A stretch of DNA of 64,000 nt. Source: Octopus vulgaris (Eukaryota). The position numbers and the translations under genes are program-made. Under the pieces are notes generated by a model that saw only the letters and a list, made by a program, of their open reading frames with translations, was not told the DNA's origin and did no database searches. This document shows, in pieces, positions 27,886 to 42,890 of the stretch (position 1 is the stretch's first letter; each line of letters begins with the position of its first letter). The stretch lies in assembly GCA_951406725.2 (NCBI GenBank), contig OX597817.1, positions 76,384,001 to 76,448,000 on the forward strand. Direction: 5' to 3'.

Positions 27886-28819
27886 CGGTATATATATATA
27901 TATATATATATGTCAATCTATTTTATTCGTTGTATTTCACTTTCCTTCCGTTAAATGTATGTTGATTCTAGTTGGAAACTAATCTTCTGTGGTTGCTTCG
28001 GAGCTATTTTTAGCACTAGAGTTATCCACATAGTGGATAACTCTCTAATAATTTATATATATATATATATATACTGCTTTTATTAAAAGACCAGAACCAC
28101 GACAACCTGTATTGTTTATATTGTCAAAAACTTTCGATTAACTGGGCTTATTGGGTTTATCTCCCTTGTGTGTTGTTTTTAGATTTTCAGCACTTTACAA
28201 GTGTTTTATTTTTATTAGTTCCTTCGAAGATATCAGCTGATGGACATTTTCCAACCGCCTATAATATGTGCCATTCTATCGGATAAATATTTTATATATA
28301 AAACGTCATTTGTACAGTGAACAAGGATATTCGAATCCGTAACTTGCTTATTTATTCTTCATGCATTTCGGCAGAATCGACCTCAAATCTGCGAATCACT
28401 GTTGTATTCGACACGCGAAAACATCCCCTTTAATACCAGCAATATGTTCATAACATACCAAATTCATTAATACAGGGGTTTCAAAGACACTAGTGTTTCG
28501 ACACGCTGTGTCTCGTAGCCAGAAGTCTACCAATGAATCTAACACAAGCTGGTAGCCTTGTTTATATTGATGTGTGGGAGAAAGAGCGTGGGGTTCTCCA
28601 TCGGCCATGTTGCTGCGCTTTTTTTTTTTTTTGGCTAAAAACAAAGAAGCGAGAAAGAGAGAGAGAGAGTAAGATAAGGGAGGGAAAGAAAGAGAGGAAA
28701 GAGGAAATATACAGACAGATAAATAGAGTAGGACGAGAATGTGGTCGAAAGAGGAAGAGAGGTAGAGATGGATAAGTGCATAGAACAGTCGAAAATTGCT
28801 CGTCGACGAGTAATATATA

Positions 28820-29303
28820 TTGTGACCCCGCTCCGGTCATGAATGACCATGGGATTGCACCTAGAAAGTTACCCTCCCAGGCACAAGTCTGGGCAAGGTT
28901 GTTTATGTAAGACCAGCATACAAGCCTCATCTCTCCACGCCACCGATGTTATCCAAGGGAAAGGCAAAGGCCGATACAGCTTGGCACCAGTGATGTCGCA
29001 GTTCATTTATTAACGTACAAGTAGCTAAGCACTCTACAAACAGTGTACCCTTCATTCAGCGTGACACAGAGTGTGACAAGGCTGGCCCTTTGAAATACAG
29101 GTACAACAGAAACAGGAAAAAAGAGTGAGAGAAAGTTGTGGTAAAAGAGTACAACAGGTTTCACCCCCACCCCCTGCCGAAGCCTCGTGGAGCTTTAGGT
29201 GTTTTCGCTAAATAAACACTCACAATGCCCGGTCTATGTATCGAAACCGCGATCCTGCGACCGCGAGCCCGCTGTCCTAACCACTGGGCCATTGCGCCTC
29301 CAC
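28820..29303 (-). mobile_element. tRNA-derived SINEs (third family), two pieces
   Basis: Minus strand head ggcgcaatggcccagtggttagg...gtttcgat. Related to 47391-47730 and 57601-57845. Confidence 0.75.
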
Positions 29304-29575
29304 CAACGAGTAATACAAGGACTAGATAAGCACATAGATAATAAAAAAAAGACATTAAAAAAGTAAAAATACTAAATGAAAGATCAATAATGACAATCCA
29401 GTGTTCGAAATAGCCTAATAACAATATAGTGGCATCTTACGAAACAGAAAAGCTGTAGGAGGGCTACGATGACTTTTCCACAGAGACAAGATTTAATGAT
29501 CACTCCTCATTACAATTGCCTATTAACTATAGTCTCCTATTTATTTCGCCGCTTTCATTTACGTGGCAACGAGAA

Positions 29576-29621
<46 letters not shown>

Positions 29622-29909
29622 CTAGCTTCAAAGTGGTCTCTCCAGATGCTAGAAATAACAGCTAAATCTCTCTTTACTCGCTCATCCCACATATAATGAT
29701 TGCGACTGAAAGGTCTTTGGTCACAGGTTCCGCTCGATTAGCCCTGTCTTGAGACTAAACAGTAACAGCACGGCTATTTAAATGATGTGTGTAAGTTACT
29801 TTCTTAACAAGCTCAGACGTAAACATTGAATTCTTATACGTGCGTATATATGTATATATGTGTGTATGTGCATGTAAGCGTGTGTGCATGTGTACGCATG
29901 TATGTACGT

Positions 29910-30026
29910 CATTATTCAGGTTTATTTCAAGATTCCTTTCCATCAGAGAAAGAAACGGTTTTTAACCGAGATCCAAGGTTCCTGCATTGGAATTTCAACA
30001 TCAACAATAGGGTATGTATGTATGTA

Positions 30027-30062
<36 letters not shown>

Positions 30063-31830
30063 TGTATGTATGTATGTATGTATGTATGTATGTATGTATG
30101 TATGTATGTTCTTTTGTTTGTTTGTATATGTGCAGATTTATATATTTTGTTTTATGTGTGTGTTCTCATGCATATAGTTGCATATCTAGACATGCTCATA
30201 TATATTTAAACTAGCAGTATCGCCCGGCGTTGCTCAGGTTTGTAAGGGAAATAACTATAAAGCATTTTTAGAGAGTTATAGCCAAAAAATAGCAAAAAAA
30301 TGGAAGAAAATGATGGTAAATTTTTTTTTTAGTTAAAAAAGGTCGAGTTGCGTCCCCTAGACAGTCTGTGGTTTGTGTTTCTGATTGTCGACCCCATGTC
30401 AAATTTATCGATTTTTTTCAGAACTGGGGGAACTTTTCAAAATTTTCGCTGCGTTAGTTTTGAAGTATGACATTGGGCTATGTGTGTGTCAAGTTTCATC
30501 AGAATCGGTTGAAAGCCGTGGTCAGGGTGAGGGTACAAGCAAACAGACACACAGACACACACACAGACAAACTGCCGTTTATATAGAGAGAGATGCTAAA
30601 CTTCTGGAAAGTTTTACAGACTTTTACACATCCAGTGATGGATTGGATCTATATTCTTCAAACTAGCTTTCTCTCTTCTGGTTCTGAGAAGCCTAATTTC
30701 TCAAGATTGGTATTTAGACAATGTGTTACATATCCCAGGGCCCCAATAGTTACATGTATAAAGCTGCATTTGGAATATGGACAGTGTAATTTCAGATTTC
30801 TCAACAGTTCAGCATAGGTATCCTCTTTTTCACTGATTTTCAACTTCATGTTAACATCCGCTGGGTAGTTAATTTCCACAACTGTACGCAGTTTCTCTTC
30901 TTTATCTCAAATCCTTATATCAGGTCGGTTGTGCTTACATTTTAACACGGTCTTAACTGGGACATTTCTCCAGTACTCCTTTTTATTATGAGTGGCATTG
31001 GTTTCTTCCATACTGCGGATTCTTATTTCTTTGTCCTCGGGATTATCCTTCTGGTGGATTTCATTATAGAGTGTCCTAGCTACATCATGTCTCATAGGGA
31101 GATAATACCGTGATGGCATTTTTGGACAACTGCTTATGATAAGGGTGACATCTTCGGTGTTAATTCCACAAAGTATGCATCGGATATCACATTTTACTGC
31201 TTTTCCTGCATCTCTATCCCTTTTGAGCATCAGGTATTTTGTTGATACTTCCTGTTCCTGGATTGCAAATGCATACCTTTCAAAGTAGGAGATGGTAATC
31301 CGGTTATTGGTTCATGATAAACTGCTATGATGATCAATGTTACTATCATCTCGGAGCTTTCTACAAATATTTCCATGCATAGTCTTCTGCTCACATATGC
31401 TCATTCCTTCATCTGATGATTCGTTGCGGTAGAATCGTGTGACTTCTTTGGGCCTGTATTTGAAGTTATCAGACAAAGACTGTTACTCAGGGAGTTGCCT
31501 TCCAAGTCTTATGATGTTATCAGCCGCATGTATGCAAACTTGGTCAAGGGATACACTTCGACACTTGATGGTTAAAGATGTTGCCGAAGGGATATGATAC
31601 GACATTCAAAGGCATTTTAGATCGATGTTAAGCGTCTGTCGCCTTGTTTTCGTTTTGGGTAAAAGCGGTCTACGTCACTGTTTCTGTGGATTTTATGTGC
31701 GCTTGTTAGTATTTTCCGAGTTTTCACATCAATGGCTCAGATCTCATCAAGCGTCCAATCAAGCAGCCCAAATGTTGGTATAAGTACTGGCACTGCAAAC
31801 ACATGGTGGGCCACTATTTTATTGAACATA
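29910..31830 (-). mobile_element. R4/Dong-like LINE (second subfamily), decayed and interrupted by a Helitron
   Basis: CILCG..ED..LIISSCP...YYLPMRHD...HNRPDI (30907-31230) and GALGYV (30658-30879). The 3' UTR at 29915-30010 is homologous to 46880-46950. Confidence 0.85.
30211..30593 (-). mobile_element. Non-autonomous Helitron
   Basis: Minus strand A|TC start, GC-rich subterminal motif (gagcaacgccgggcg) and CTAG|T end, no TSD. Shares its 3' terminus with 50181-50560. Confidence 0.75.
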
Positions 31831-32530
31831 TATCGGGAGAATTCACAAAAACGAGCAAAAGACGAAGACAGGTGGTGTAGTCAACAAACAGATGTATTAG
31901 TATAAGGCTCGGGAGGTAAAAAATTATTTAACGTTTCGAGCCTACGCTCTTCCACAGAAAGAAACAAGGAGAGCAAATAAAGAATGTGTAGTGGCTAGCG
32001 ATCTATCATGGCGAATGTTGGACAGAAGGGTCACACAGGAGAGCTAGGGAGAAGGGGAGATAATAAAGTAGTGGTGATCTCAAAACGAAGGTTTAGGTGC
32101 GTGGGTATAAGAGAGTTTGTATATGCGTGTGGAAGAGGGCTGGTGATCTTGACGTGTGCGTGTGTGTGTGTAGGTGTGAAACTGTGGGTCTGGGAAGTGG
32201 TCAGGGAAGATGTATGCGTGTTGGTGTGTTGTGATGTGATGTGCTGTGTGGTATGGTGTTGTAAGGTGTTGTGGTATGTGATGTGGTGTGATGGTGTTGG
32301 GAGGTGGGGAGGCGGGAGTGGGGAAAGCAAGGGTGGGGTGTGGGTTAGGCTGAGAGTGGGGTATGTGGGAAGGCAGGGGGTTGGGGCAGAGGTGGGGTAT
32401 GTGGGAGTGGGTATAAGGGATGGGGTACAGTGGGATGGGGAAGGATAGTGAAGGTGGGGTGGAATGTGTAGGTTGGGGTAGGCTTACGAGGGAGGAGTGA
32501 CGATGAAGTGGGGTGGGGGTAGAATCTAAT
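31830..32530 (-). mobile_element. Penelope-like 3' fragment with hammerhead variant
   Basis: Minus strand reads tttCTGTGGA-AGAGCGTAGGCTC-GAAACGTTaaa at 31927-31960, downstream of a C/A-rich low-complexity tract. Confidence 0.5.
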
Positions 32531-32567
32531 TGATACAAATTAATTTATTAATTAATCAACGTATTCA

Positions 32568-32616
<49 letters not shown>

Positions 32617-32619
32617 TAT

Positions 32620-33260
32620 AAATGATAAGGGTTAAAGATTGAATATTAATTTGATTAATATCAATTTAAAACCAGTGGCCTAGCATATTGAAAAATCTGA
32701 AGATTCAGAAAAATTATATTACATATATATAAGAGGGATGATCACTAAGTGGACATCCATTATGCTAGATGTAGACCCCATATGGTCTGGCCACTAAGAA
32801 AAGATTGTTCCCAAAGAAATTCAGCAAACGCCAGAACGTAAGCGAGCAAGACAAATGAAAAAATACAAAGTATAAAGATTAATCATAAACCCGGTTTCAT
32901 TGTTGCCACTTACGTAATATTTACGTAAATGTCCGCAATTCATCAGTGTGATCATCATAGCAAAATATAATTTGCAGAACTATATACGAGTCGTCCGCAT
33001 GAGATTGAACATGCATATATTGAACATTTGGGGTTACATTTCAAAAGTCTTCGTTTTGGCGCTGAATTGTCTTGAGAACTATCTTTTCTTGGTGGTCAGA
33101 CCATATGGGGTCTACATCTAGCATAATGGATGTCCACTTAGTGGTCATCGTTCTTATATATATGTTATATAATTTGGTTTTGAAGTTCATAAATATTTCT
33201 TCGTCATTTATTTCTAAGGCGATGGAAAATTCCGTCAGTGTCTCCATTGTTGGTGACAAT
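32620..33260. mobile_element. Penelope-like module with ~150-bp inverted arms
   Basis: 32690-32838 is the reverse complement of 33052-33215, with a hammerhead between the arms. Confidence 0.7.
32881..32953 (-). ncRNA. Type I hammerhead ribozyme-like motif
   Basis: gatcaca-CTGATGA-attg[cggacat ttacgtaa ata ttacgtaa gtggcaa]caat-GAAAC-cgg-GTT-tatgatt. Stems I, II and III can all be drawn. Confidence 0.7.
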
Positions 33261-33589
33261 TAAAAGTCAGTCTCAGGGGTGAACATAGAGATAATGATTG
33301 TGATGACCATAACGGCTGTAAGGAAGCTGGTGGTGGTTGTGGTGATGATTAGGAGTATAATGGTTATGTGTTAGTGGTGACGATCATGATGATGATGGTG
33401 ATGGTCGTGATACGAGGACTACAACGGCGGCGACGACAACGAACACGACGACGACGACTACTACAACGACGTTGATGAAGGTAAGGATGGCGTTGACTAT
33501 AAAGCTATTGTGGTGATGATGATGAAGATGTTGATTGTGAACAAGAAGAAGATGATGATGATGATGATGATGATGGCAACAACCTTTCT

Positions 33590-33955
33590 ACTGTAGGGGG
33601 TCAGTCGATAATATCGACCCCAGCACGCAACTGGTACTTAATTTATCGACCCCGAAAGGATGAAAGGCAAAGTCGACCTGGGCGGAATTTGAACTCAGAA
33701 CCTAAAGTCCGATGAAATAGCTATTTCTTTACTACCCATAAGAGGCTAAACACAAAGAGGACAAACAAGGACAGACAAACTGATTAAGTTGATTATATCG
33801 GCCCCAGTGCGTAACTGGTACTTATTTAATCGACCCCGAAAAGGATGAAAGGCAAAGTCGACCTCGGCGGAATTTGAACTCAGAACGTAACGGCAGACGA
33901 AATACGTCTAAGCATTTCGCCCGGCGTGCTAACGTTTCTGCCAGCTCGCCGCCTT
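33590..33955 (-). mobile_element. Two adjacent or nested family B SINEs
   Basis: Consensus matches. Confidence 0.85.
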
Positions 33956-34067
33956 AATGATGGCAGCAACTATAAGGATAATGTGGTGAAGGCGATGATG
34001 ATGATGACAACAATAATGCCGACGACGATGACGATGACGACGATGTTGATGAATGTTGTTGTGGTGG

Positions 34068-34119
<52 letters not shown>

Positions 34120-34447
34120 AATGATGATGATGATGATCAACATCATCATCATCATCCTCATCATTATCATTATCGTCATCATATGAAGCTGAGGAGTAGG
34201 ATGACGACGGTGGCGGTGTTAATGATGATGAAGATGGCGTCAGCATTGCTTGGTCTTCAGTCAAAACTGGAAAATCTAGAAAGTTTTATTGACGTATAAA
34301 CAAGAGAGCTAGGTCGGTTGTCCAGCTTTGCACAATAAAACCTGCTACGTCCGGCCTTACACGTACGTCACTGACCAAACGATATAACCAAAACAACGAC
34401 GACGCCGACGACGATCATGATGATGATGCTGATGCCGATGATGATGT

Positions 34448-34501
<54 letters not shown>

Positions 34502-35523
34502 CTTGCTTAATAATGACATTAATAATAATTCCGGGAACTTAAGTGAACAGTTAATTACAGCTCTGTTCCTAACCGAAGTTCACACACTTTCGACCTCTTT
34601 TATTGATTTGACATCACAGTTTCTTATTATACTCAAGAAGTAAGGGGAACATTTAACTGTCAAACGGAACAGACATAATGAAGGGAAAATAAAACAAACA
34701 TCAACTGATAAAATAAAATAAAATAAAAGAAGATAAACAAACAAGAAGAAACGTGTAGGAAAGGAACATAATTATCATTAAATGCCCATCTCTCTTTTAC
34801 TATTTTACTTGATTCAGTCTTTGAACTGCGGTCATGCTGGGGCACCAACACGTACGGTTTAACCCAGTGGTTATCAAGCAATTTTATTTATCTATTTGAT
34901 CCCTTTATTTCCTGGACCCTCGTAGCCATTTGATGCTTTAAAAAGTTCCACTATATTTTTATTATCAAATATTATTAAAGGCGACAAGCTGGCAGAATCG
35001 TTAGCATGCCGGGCGAAATGCTTAGCGGTATTTCATCTGTTTTTACCTTCTGAGTTCAAATTCCGCCGAGGTCGACTTTGCCTTTCATCCTTTCGGGGTC
35101 AATAAATTAAGTAATGGACTGGGCCTCCTCCCACTATGTTTCACCTTGGGAATGTGTCTTCTACTCAAGCCTTGGGTCGACCAAAATCTTGTGAGTGGAT
35201 TTGGTAGACGGAAACTGAAAGAAGCCCGTCGTATATATTTCTATATGTTTGTGTGTCTGCGTTTGTCTTCCCACCCAACCATATTTTTACCACCGATGCT
35301 GGTGTGTTTCTGTCCCCGCAAATTAGCGATTCGGCGAAAGAGACCGATAGAATAAGTACTAGACTTACAAAGAATAACTTCTGGGATCGATTTGTTCGAC
35401 TAAACGTGGTGCTCTTGCATGGCCGCAGTCAAATGACTGAAACAAAATTGAAAAATAATCATTTTTATGATTATATCCTCAATCTATAGATATACACATA
35501 CATGCATTTATATATACATATAT

Positions 35524-36164
35524 ATAATCAATACAGATAAAGGGTGAAATATAATTAATTTAATAAAATCAACAAATTTCACCAAGTAGTATTTCGGTAT
35601 GGAAAAGGACCATATTCGGTAAGAGTTAATATAATTATAACAATGAGGGTTTTTGCAACAAGTTGCTAGACCACATACCGAAAGTATTAGAAATAGCAGC
35701 CAGAGGACTGCTATTTCCTTTTACTACAAAAATATGTCTCCACAGACAACGGTATTTGTAACTCATTATGTGGCAAAAAAAGAAGAAAAATAACGAAATC
35801 AAACAGTCCACGGTCAAATATGGGCGCACGTTTCTGGATTAGAATGAAAGATTCATTTCCTTTATCAACATGATATTCCGGTAAATAAATCTAGAAATGC
35901 TGGGAAATCTTACCCTCCGTATTTCCGACCAGGCGACATCGGGGCATACAGAAGCTAATCAGCATATCCACATTTATATAGACGAGTGAATTCGTATTTC
36001 CCTCCGGAATTCTTTCCACGTGAGTCACAAATAATACTGTCGAAAATAAATTCGTAGTTCTGTCGTAGGGGAGTAAAATAATCAATACAGATAAAGAGTG
36101 AAATATAATTAATTTAATAAAATCAACAAATTTCACCAAGTGGTGTCTCGGTATGGAAAAGGAC
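35524..36164. mobile_element. 554-bp-period unit with 87-bp terminal direct repeats (retrozyme/pLTR-like)
   Basis: 35524-35610 vs 36078-36164 (4 mismatches). Degenerate hammerhead at 35818-35967 on the minus strand. Confidence 0.7.
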
Positions 36165-36169
36165 ACACA

Positions 36170-36282
<113 letters not shown>

Positions 36283-36309
36283 ATATATATGTATATATAT
36301 ATGTATATA

Positions 36310-36355
<46 letters not shown>

Positions 36356-36642
36356 TGTGTGTGTGTATGCACACACATATACATACATGTATATATATAT
36401 ATCTGTGTTGTATGTGTCATTGTGTCTGCGTATTATCCCCCATCATCACTTGACAACCGGTGTTGGTCTCTTACGTAAGTTAGCGGTTCGGCGAAAGAAA
36501 CCGATAGAATAAGTTCTTAGCTTAAGAACAGAAGTCCTGGGGTCGATTTGATCGGCTAATACCCCTCAAGGCGGTGCTCCAGCATAGTTGCAGTCAAATG
36601 ACTGAAACAAGGAAAAGGATAAATATAGAAAAACACAGACAC

Positions 36643-36674
<32 letters not shown>

Positions 36675-38204
36675 TATTTGGGCCGAGTCAGTCTGTTGCT
36701 GTAGAGTCTGTGTATGTATGTACGTATGTACGTGTTACCAGTGTATGTATATACAACGGACCTCCACACAGTTTCTGTCTACAACATTCACTCACAAGGT
36801 ATTGATAAGCCTTGAGTTATAAGACAAAACTCTTGTTCAAGGTGCCGCGCAATGGGACTGAACCTTGAACCATATCGTTGCAAAGCGAGATTTCTAACGG
36901 CACTTCATTCCAGTACCTTACTCCATATATGAAATATTTTGATATTAAGACATTTAAATGAGTTTCTAACATATACAGTCACCACTTGCTTGTTGCCTTT
37001 ATTGATTGTATTCTTGTAAGTGTGAGACTATGCAGTCCAATTTGTATATAGTTTAAAAGATGCTAACATGTTATCTTTAGGGAGTTTAGTTGCTATTTCT
37101 AACAGATCGATCGACTATACTGAATCTCTTGTTGACTCACACGTTGCGTCTCATGAAGCAATATTCCTGTGTTCGTATTCATTACGTTTATTTTCATATA
37201 TTTAAGAAATCCAGGACAATATTACGGAATATCTCCTTAAAAAAACTTAGAGGTCATTTGAAGCATGTTTAGCTGCTATTTCTACGAGATCGCCAACCCA
37301 TTTAGAAGCTCATTTGATTGTATAATCAATAATTTACTTTGATTCAATAATAATTTGAATTTCGGATGCAGTCTAGTAAACTGTTGCAAGGGAGATAACT
37401 TTTGAAAGAGTTTACTCCCTTGATGTTATATTTTATTATTTGAGTAACTGGAACTTTTGTGAATGACGATTTAAATCTGTTTGATTTCTCTAAATTTCTT
37501 AAATCCGAATATTTTCTGCAATAGTTATTCATAGTGCATGTATTACACATAGGCATACAAAAATATATGTGTAAATATTGATTCATGCGTGTGTGTCTGT
37601 CTGGCTGACTGACTGTGTGTGTGCCCGTGTGTGTATAAATGACTTCTTCCTTATAGTACAAAAAAAAAAATCCTTTTAGCCGCAAAACTCAAGAGTGTAC
37701 ATGCTAAAACTTTTTTCTATACAAGTGATCCAAAGTAACAGTTGACTTCCATAACTCCTTGTTTTGCTTCCAGCCTCATAATTTTTTGTTATATGTCATT
37801 TTCCTTTATTTTCATATGGCGGCAAGCTGGCAGAAACGTTAGCACGCCGGGCGTAATTCTTACCGTTATTTAGTTTCTGAGTTCAAATCCCGTCGAGGTC
37901 GACTTTGCTTTCATCATTTCGGAGTCGATAAATTAAGTACCAGTTGCGTACTAGGATCGATCTAATCGAGTAGTCCTCTTCCCTCAAAATTTCGGTCGAT
38001 GTGACCAGAGTAGGAAAGATTATTTAACTTGTGTGTGTGTGTGTATGTGTGTGAAAATGTAAATAGGAATGTTTTTTCTGATAAATTCTTACGCTTTGGT
38101 AATTACATATTAATAAATCATTAGGGAAAAATTATCAGAAAAACCGTTTCTGTTCATGTGTTCAAATATATAATATTGTACCAAGGACTTTTTATTTTTA
38201 ATCA

Positions 38205-38255
<51 letters not shown>

Positions 38256-39000
38256 CATCCATCTGTCCGTCCGTCCGTCCGTCCGTCCGTCCGTCTGTCT
38301 GTCTGTCTGTCTGTCTGTCTGTGAGTCAGCATACAAATATGCAGACACGAATACACACACACATGCATGTTTTTCTTTTTTTTTACCTATAACTTTTGAG
38401 CCTAATGTTTAACAATATCAAAATATATTTTTTTAAATACTGTATACATTTCGATTACATTAGCCGATTCAAGGCAATCATTGTCCAACGTTTAATTAAA
38501 TCATTTTTGACATATGCAAACATATATAACCATATGTTAGTGTTGCTGTAAAGAAAGAGGTAGAAGTCCTTGAGATAAGAGCCAATATACATAAGCAAAT
38601 ACACAATACACATAAGAGCATACTTATACACACACATACATATATATATATATATATTTACATACACTCTGCACTCAGAAGTATCTCCCCCAAACTCACA
38701 CACACAATGGCCATTTTCTCACTCTCCTCTCTTCAGAAACCACATTCTCTAGCTCTGTCCAAAATCCTGTCATTTATTTTTTGGGCACGTAATGAAATGT
38801 GCTATTCTCGGACTATCCGCTCCTTCCCTCTTTACTTCATTTCAGGACTTTTCCCTCCAACCGACAAAGTGTCATTTTCGAAACGTCACTTCCATCCCTA
38901 TTTTGTCATTTAAGACTTTTGCTGACCGTCGATCTAGTATATTCACTGTGTATGTCTAATTGACATTTGTTGTTTTCTCTGTGTTTTTATTTTTGATTTG

Positions 39001-39036
<36 letters not shown>

Positions 39037-39042
39037 TACATG

Positions 39043-39079
<37 letters not shown>

Positions 39080-39083
39080 TTTG

Positions 39084-40485
<1,402 letters not shown>

Positions 40486-40550
40486 TATATATAAAAACTG
40501 ATTTGCTTATATATATATATATATATATATATGTTTGTGTGTGTGTATAC

Positions 40551-40600
<50 letters not shown>

Positions 40601-41381
40601 GTATGCATATTTGTGTGTATGCGTGTGTGTGTGTGTGTGTGTATGTGTGTGTGCTTGTGTGTGTGTGTGTGTGTGTGCGTTTGTGAATGGTTGAATGCTA
40701 TAGATAAAATGTATGCCTAATGTCCAGACATGTGTCTACCTAACTATTCAGCTAAATGCCGCTATAAGAGGCATTTAGTCGAATAGTTAGGGTCATAAAA
40801 CCTTAACATCTATTTAATAAGAGAAACGGCTATAAAATCTTGTTACCAATATCAGACTTGACAACCAACTGATAATGTAATTAATTATCTTGTCTGAACA
40901 AAGCATATTCTGCAACAGAAACAGTCCACGGTAATGGTTTATTTGTGTTATGTGTGTTCATGTGGACACGCCTAACTCAGAATGTATATAATCTCTGTTC
41001 ATTGAGTTCATTCACTATCTTATTTTATACGCAGTTCTGAAGAATTTTATTCTGCATGTGTTTTTAAGAATATCCCAAATTGCACATTGAAAGCAATCAA
41101 TAATAATTGAATGAATTATTACATTATTTTGTAAGATTGATTGTATTGAATTAAAATGAAACAGTTGTAAATTGAAGAATCAAAATGTCTTGCTCACTCT
41201 ATTCTTCTTATTAATCATTATAAAATCGCTAAGGATACGTATGGATTTTCAAATAATTGTTTGGTAGAACAAACGATCTCCAGATTCCAGCTTTCTCTGA
41301 TAGCCAATATCTGTGGGTGAGATAGATAGGATAAACACGAGTGTTAGGTACTCTAATGAAATTGATTTTATATATTTATAT

Positions 41382-41449
<68 letters not shown>

Positions 41450-41509
41450 CTATATTTGTTCCACGTCCTCACGTTGTTGTGTTTTTTTTGTGCTGTCTTG
41501 TTTGGATTA

Positions 41510-41654
<145 letters not shown>

Positions 41655-41724
41655 GATATAGAGAGAGAGAGAGAGAGAGAGAGATAGATATAGATATAGA
41701 TATAGATATAGATATACATATATA

Positions 41725-41875
41725 TATAGGTAAATAAATGGATTTTGAACGAAGATGTTATTAAAATTCTTTTACTTTCGACATATATTTCGAAGACAAT
41801 GTTGTCTTCGAAACATATGTCGAAAGTAAAAGAATTTTAATAACATCTTCGTTCAACTCCATTTGTTTACTTATA
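41725..41875. repeat. Near-perfect ~150-bp palindrome
   Basis: Arms of ~75 bp centred on 41800/41801. Contains CGAAAC-ATAT-GTC. Confidence 0.9.
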
Positions 41876-42069
41876 CTACACAAATTACTACACATTAACC
41901 TGGAGTTTCTACCTATGAATAGGTCGCTTCATCAGTATTACGTGAGTGAATTTTGCTACCCTGGTAACTCTTTATTGAATTTTCCATGTTAACGGTAAAC
42001 AAAGGATGCAGCACGTATTTTTGTCAGTGAAAAGGATAAATCATTCATCCATTTATATATATATATATA

Positions 42070-42575
42070 TATATGTTACAGGGGCGTAAACACACCAACA
42101 CCGGTTGTCAAGCAATGATGGGAGGACAAACACATTCACAAAGACTCACACGGACAGATATATAAATATAGATATGCATCAAGCTTCTTTCAGTTTCCTA
42201 TTTCTTTATTGCTAAACATAGAGGGGACAAACAAGGACAGGCAAACGGATTAAGTCGATTGCATTGACCCCAGTGCGTAATTGGTTCCTTAATTTATCGA
42301 CCCCGAAAGAATGAAGGCAAAGTCGACCTCGGCGGAATTTGAACTCAGAACGTAAAGACAGAGGAAATACCGCTAAGTGTTTCGCCCGGTGTGCTAAAGT
42401 TTCTGCTAGCTCGCCGCCTTCTTTCAGTTTCCGTCTACCAAATCCATTCACAAGGCTTAAATAGGTTCGAGGCTATAGTAAAATACGCTCGCCGAAGGTG
42501 CCACGGAGTGGGACTGAACCTCGAACCATGTGGTTGGGAAGCAAGCTTCTTACTACACAGCAACAGCTGCGCCTA
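42070..42575 (-). mobile_element. Family A SINE with a family B SINE nested in it (15-bp TSD)
   Basis: TSD cttctttcagtttcc at 42184-42198 and 42418-42432. Confidence 0.9.
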
Positions 42576-42585
42576 TACATACACA

Positions 42586-42624
<39 letters not shown>

Positions 42625-42776
42625 ACATACAGATCTTTCTTTCTCCTATGTTTCCGACTAAGAGCTCCGCTCGAAACGTCATGCTCTCCTTCTTCCCTTT
42701 TTTCCTGAGCGCCCAATAATACTTTATTTGTTCCACATCCTCGCGTTGTTGTCTTTTTGTTTTCTTGTTTGGATTA

Positions 42777-42881
<105 letters not shown>

Positions 42882-42890
42882 TGTGTGTGC

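Noticed and set aside
28018-28044. 12-bp-stem palindrome containing TTATCCACA (DnaA-box-like)
   Set aside because: Eukaryotic context and a single short occurrence, likely chance or a repeat remnant.
28396-28620. Possible first exon or promoter at gcagcaacATGGCC (minus)
   Set aside because: No recognisable protein or partner exons.
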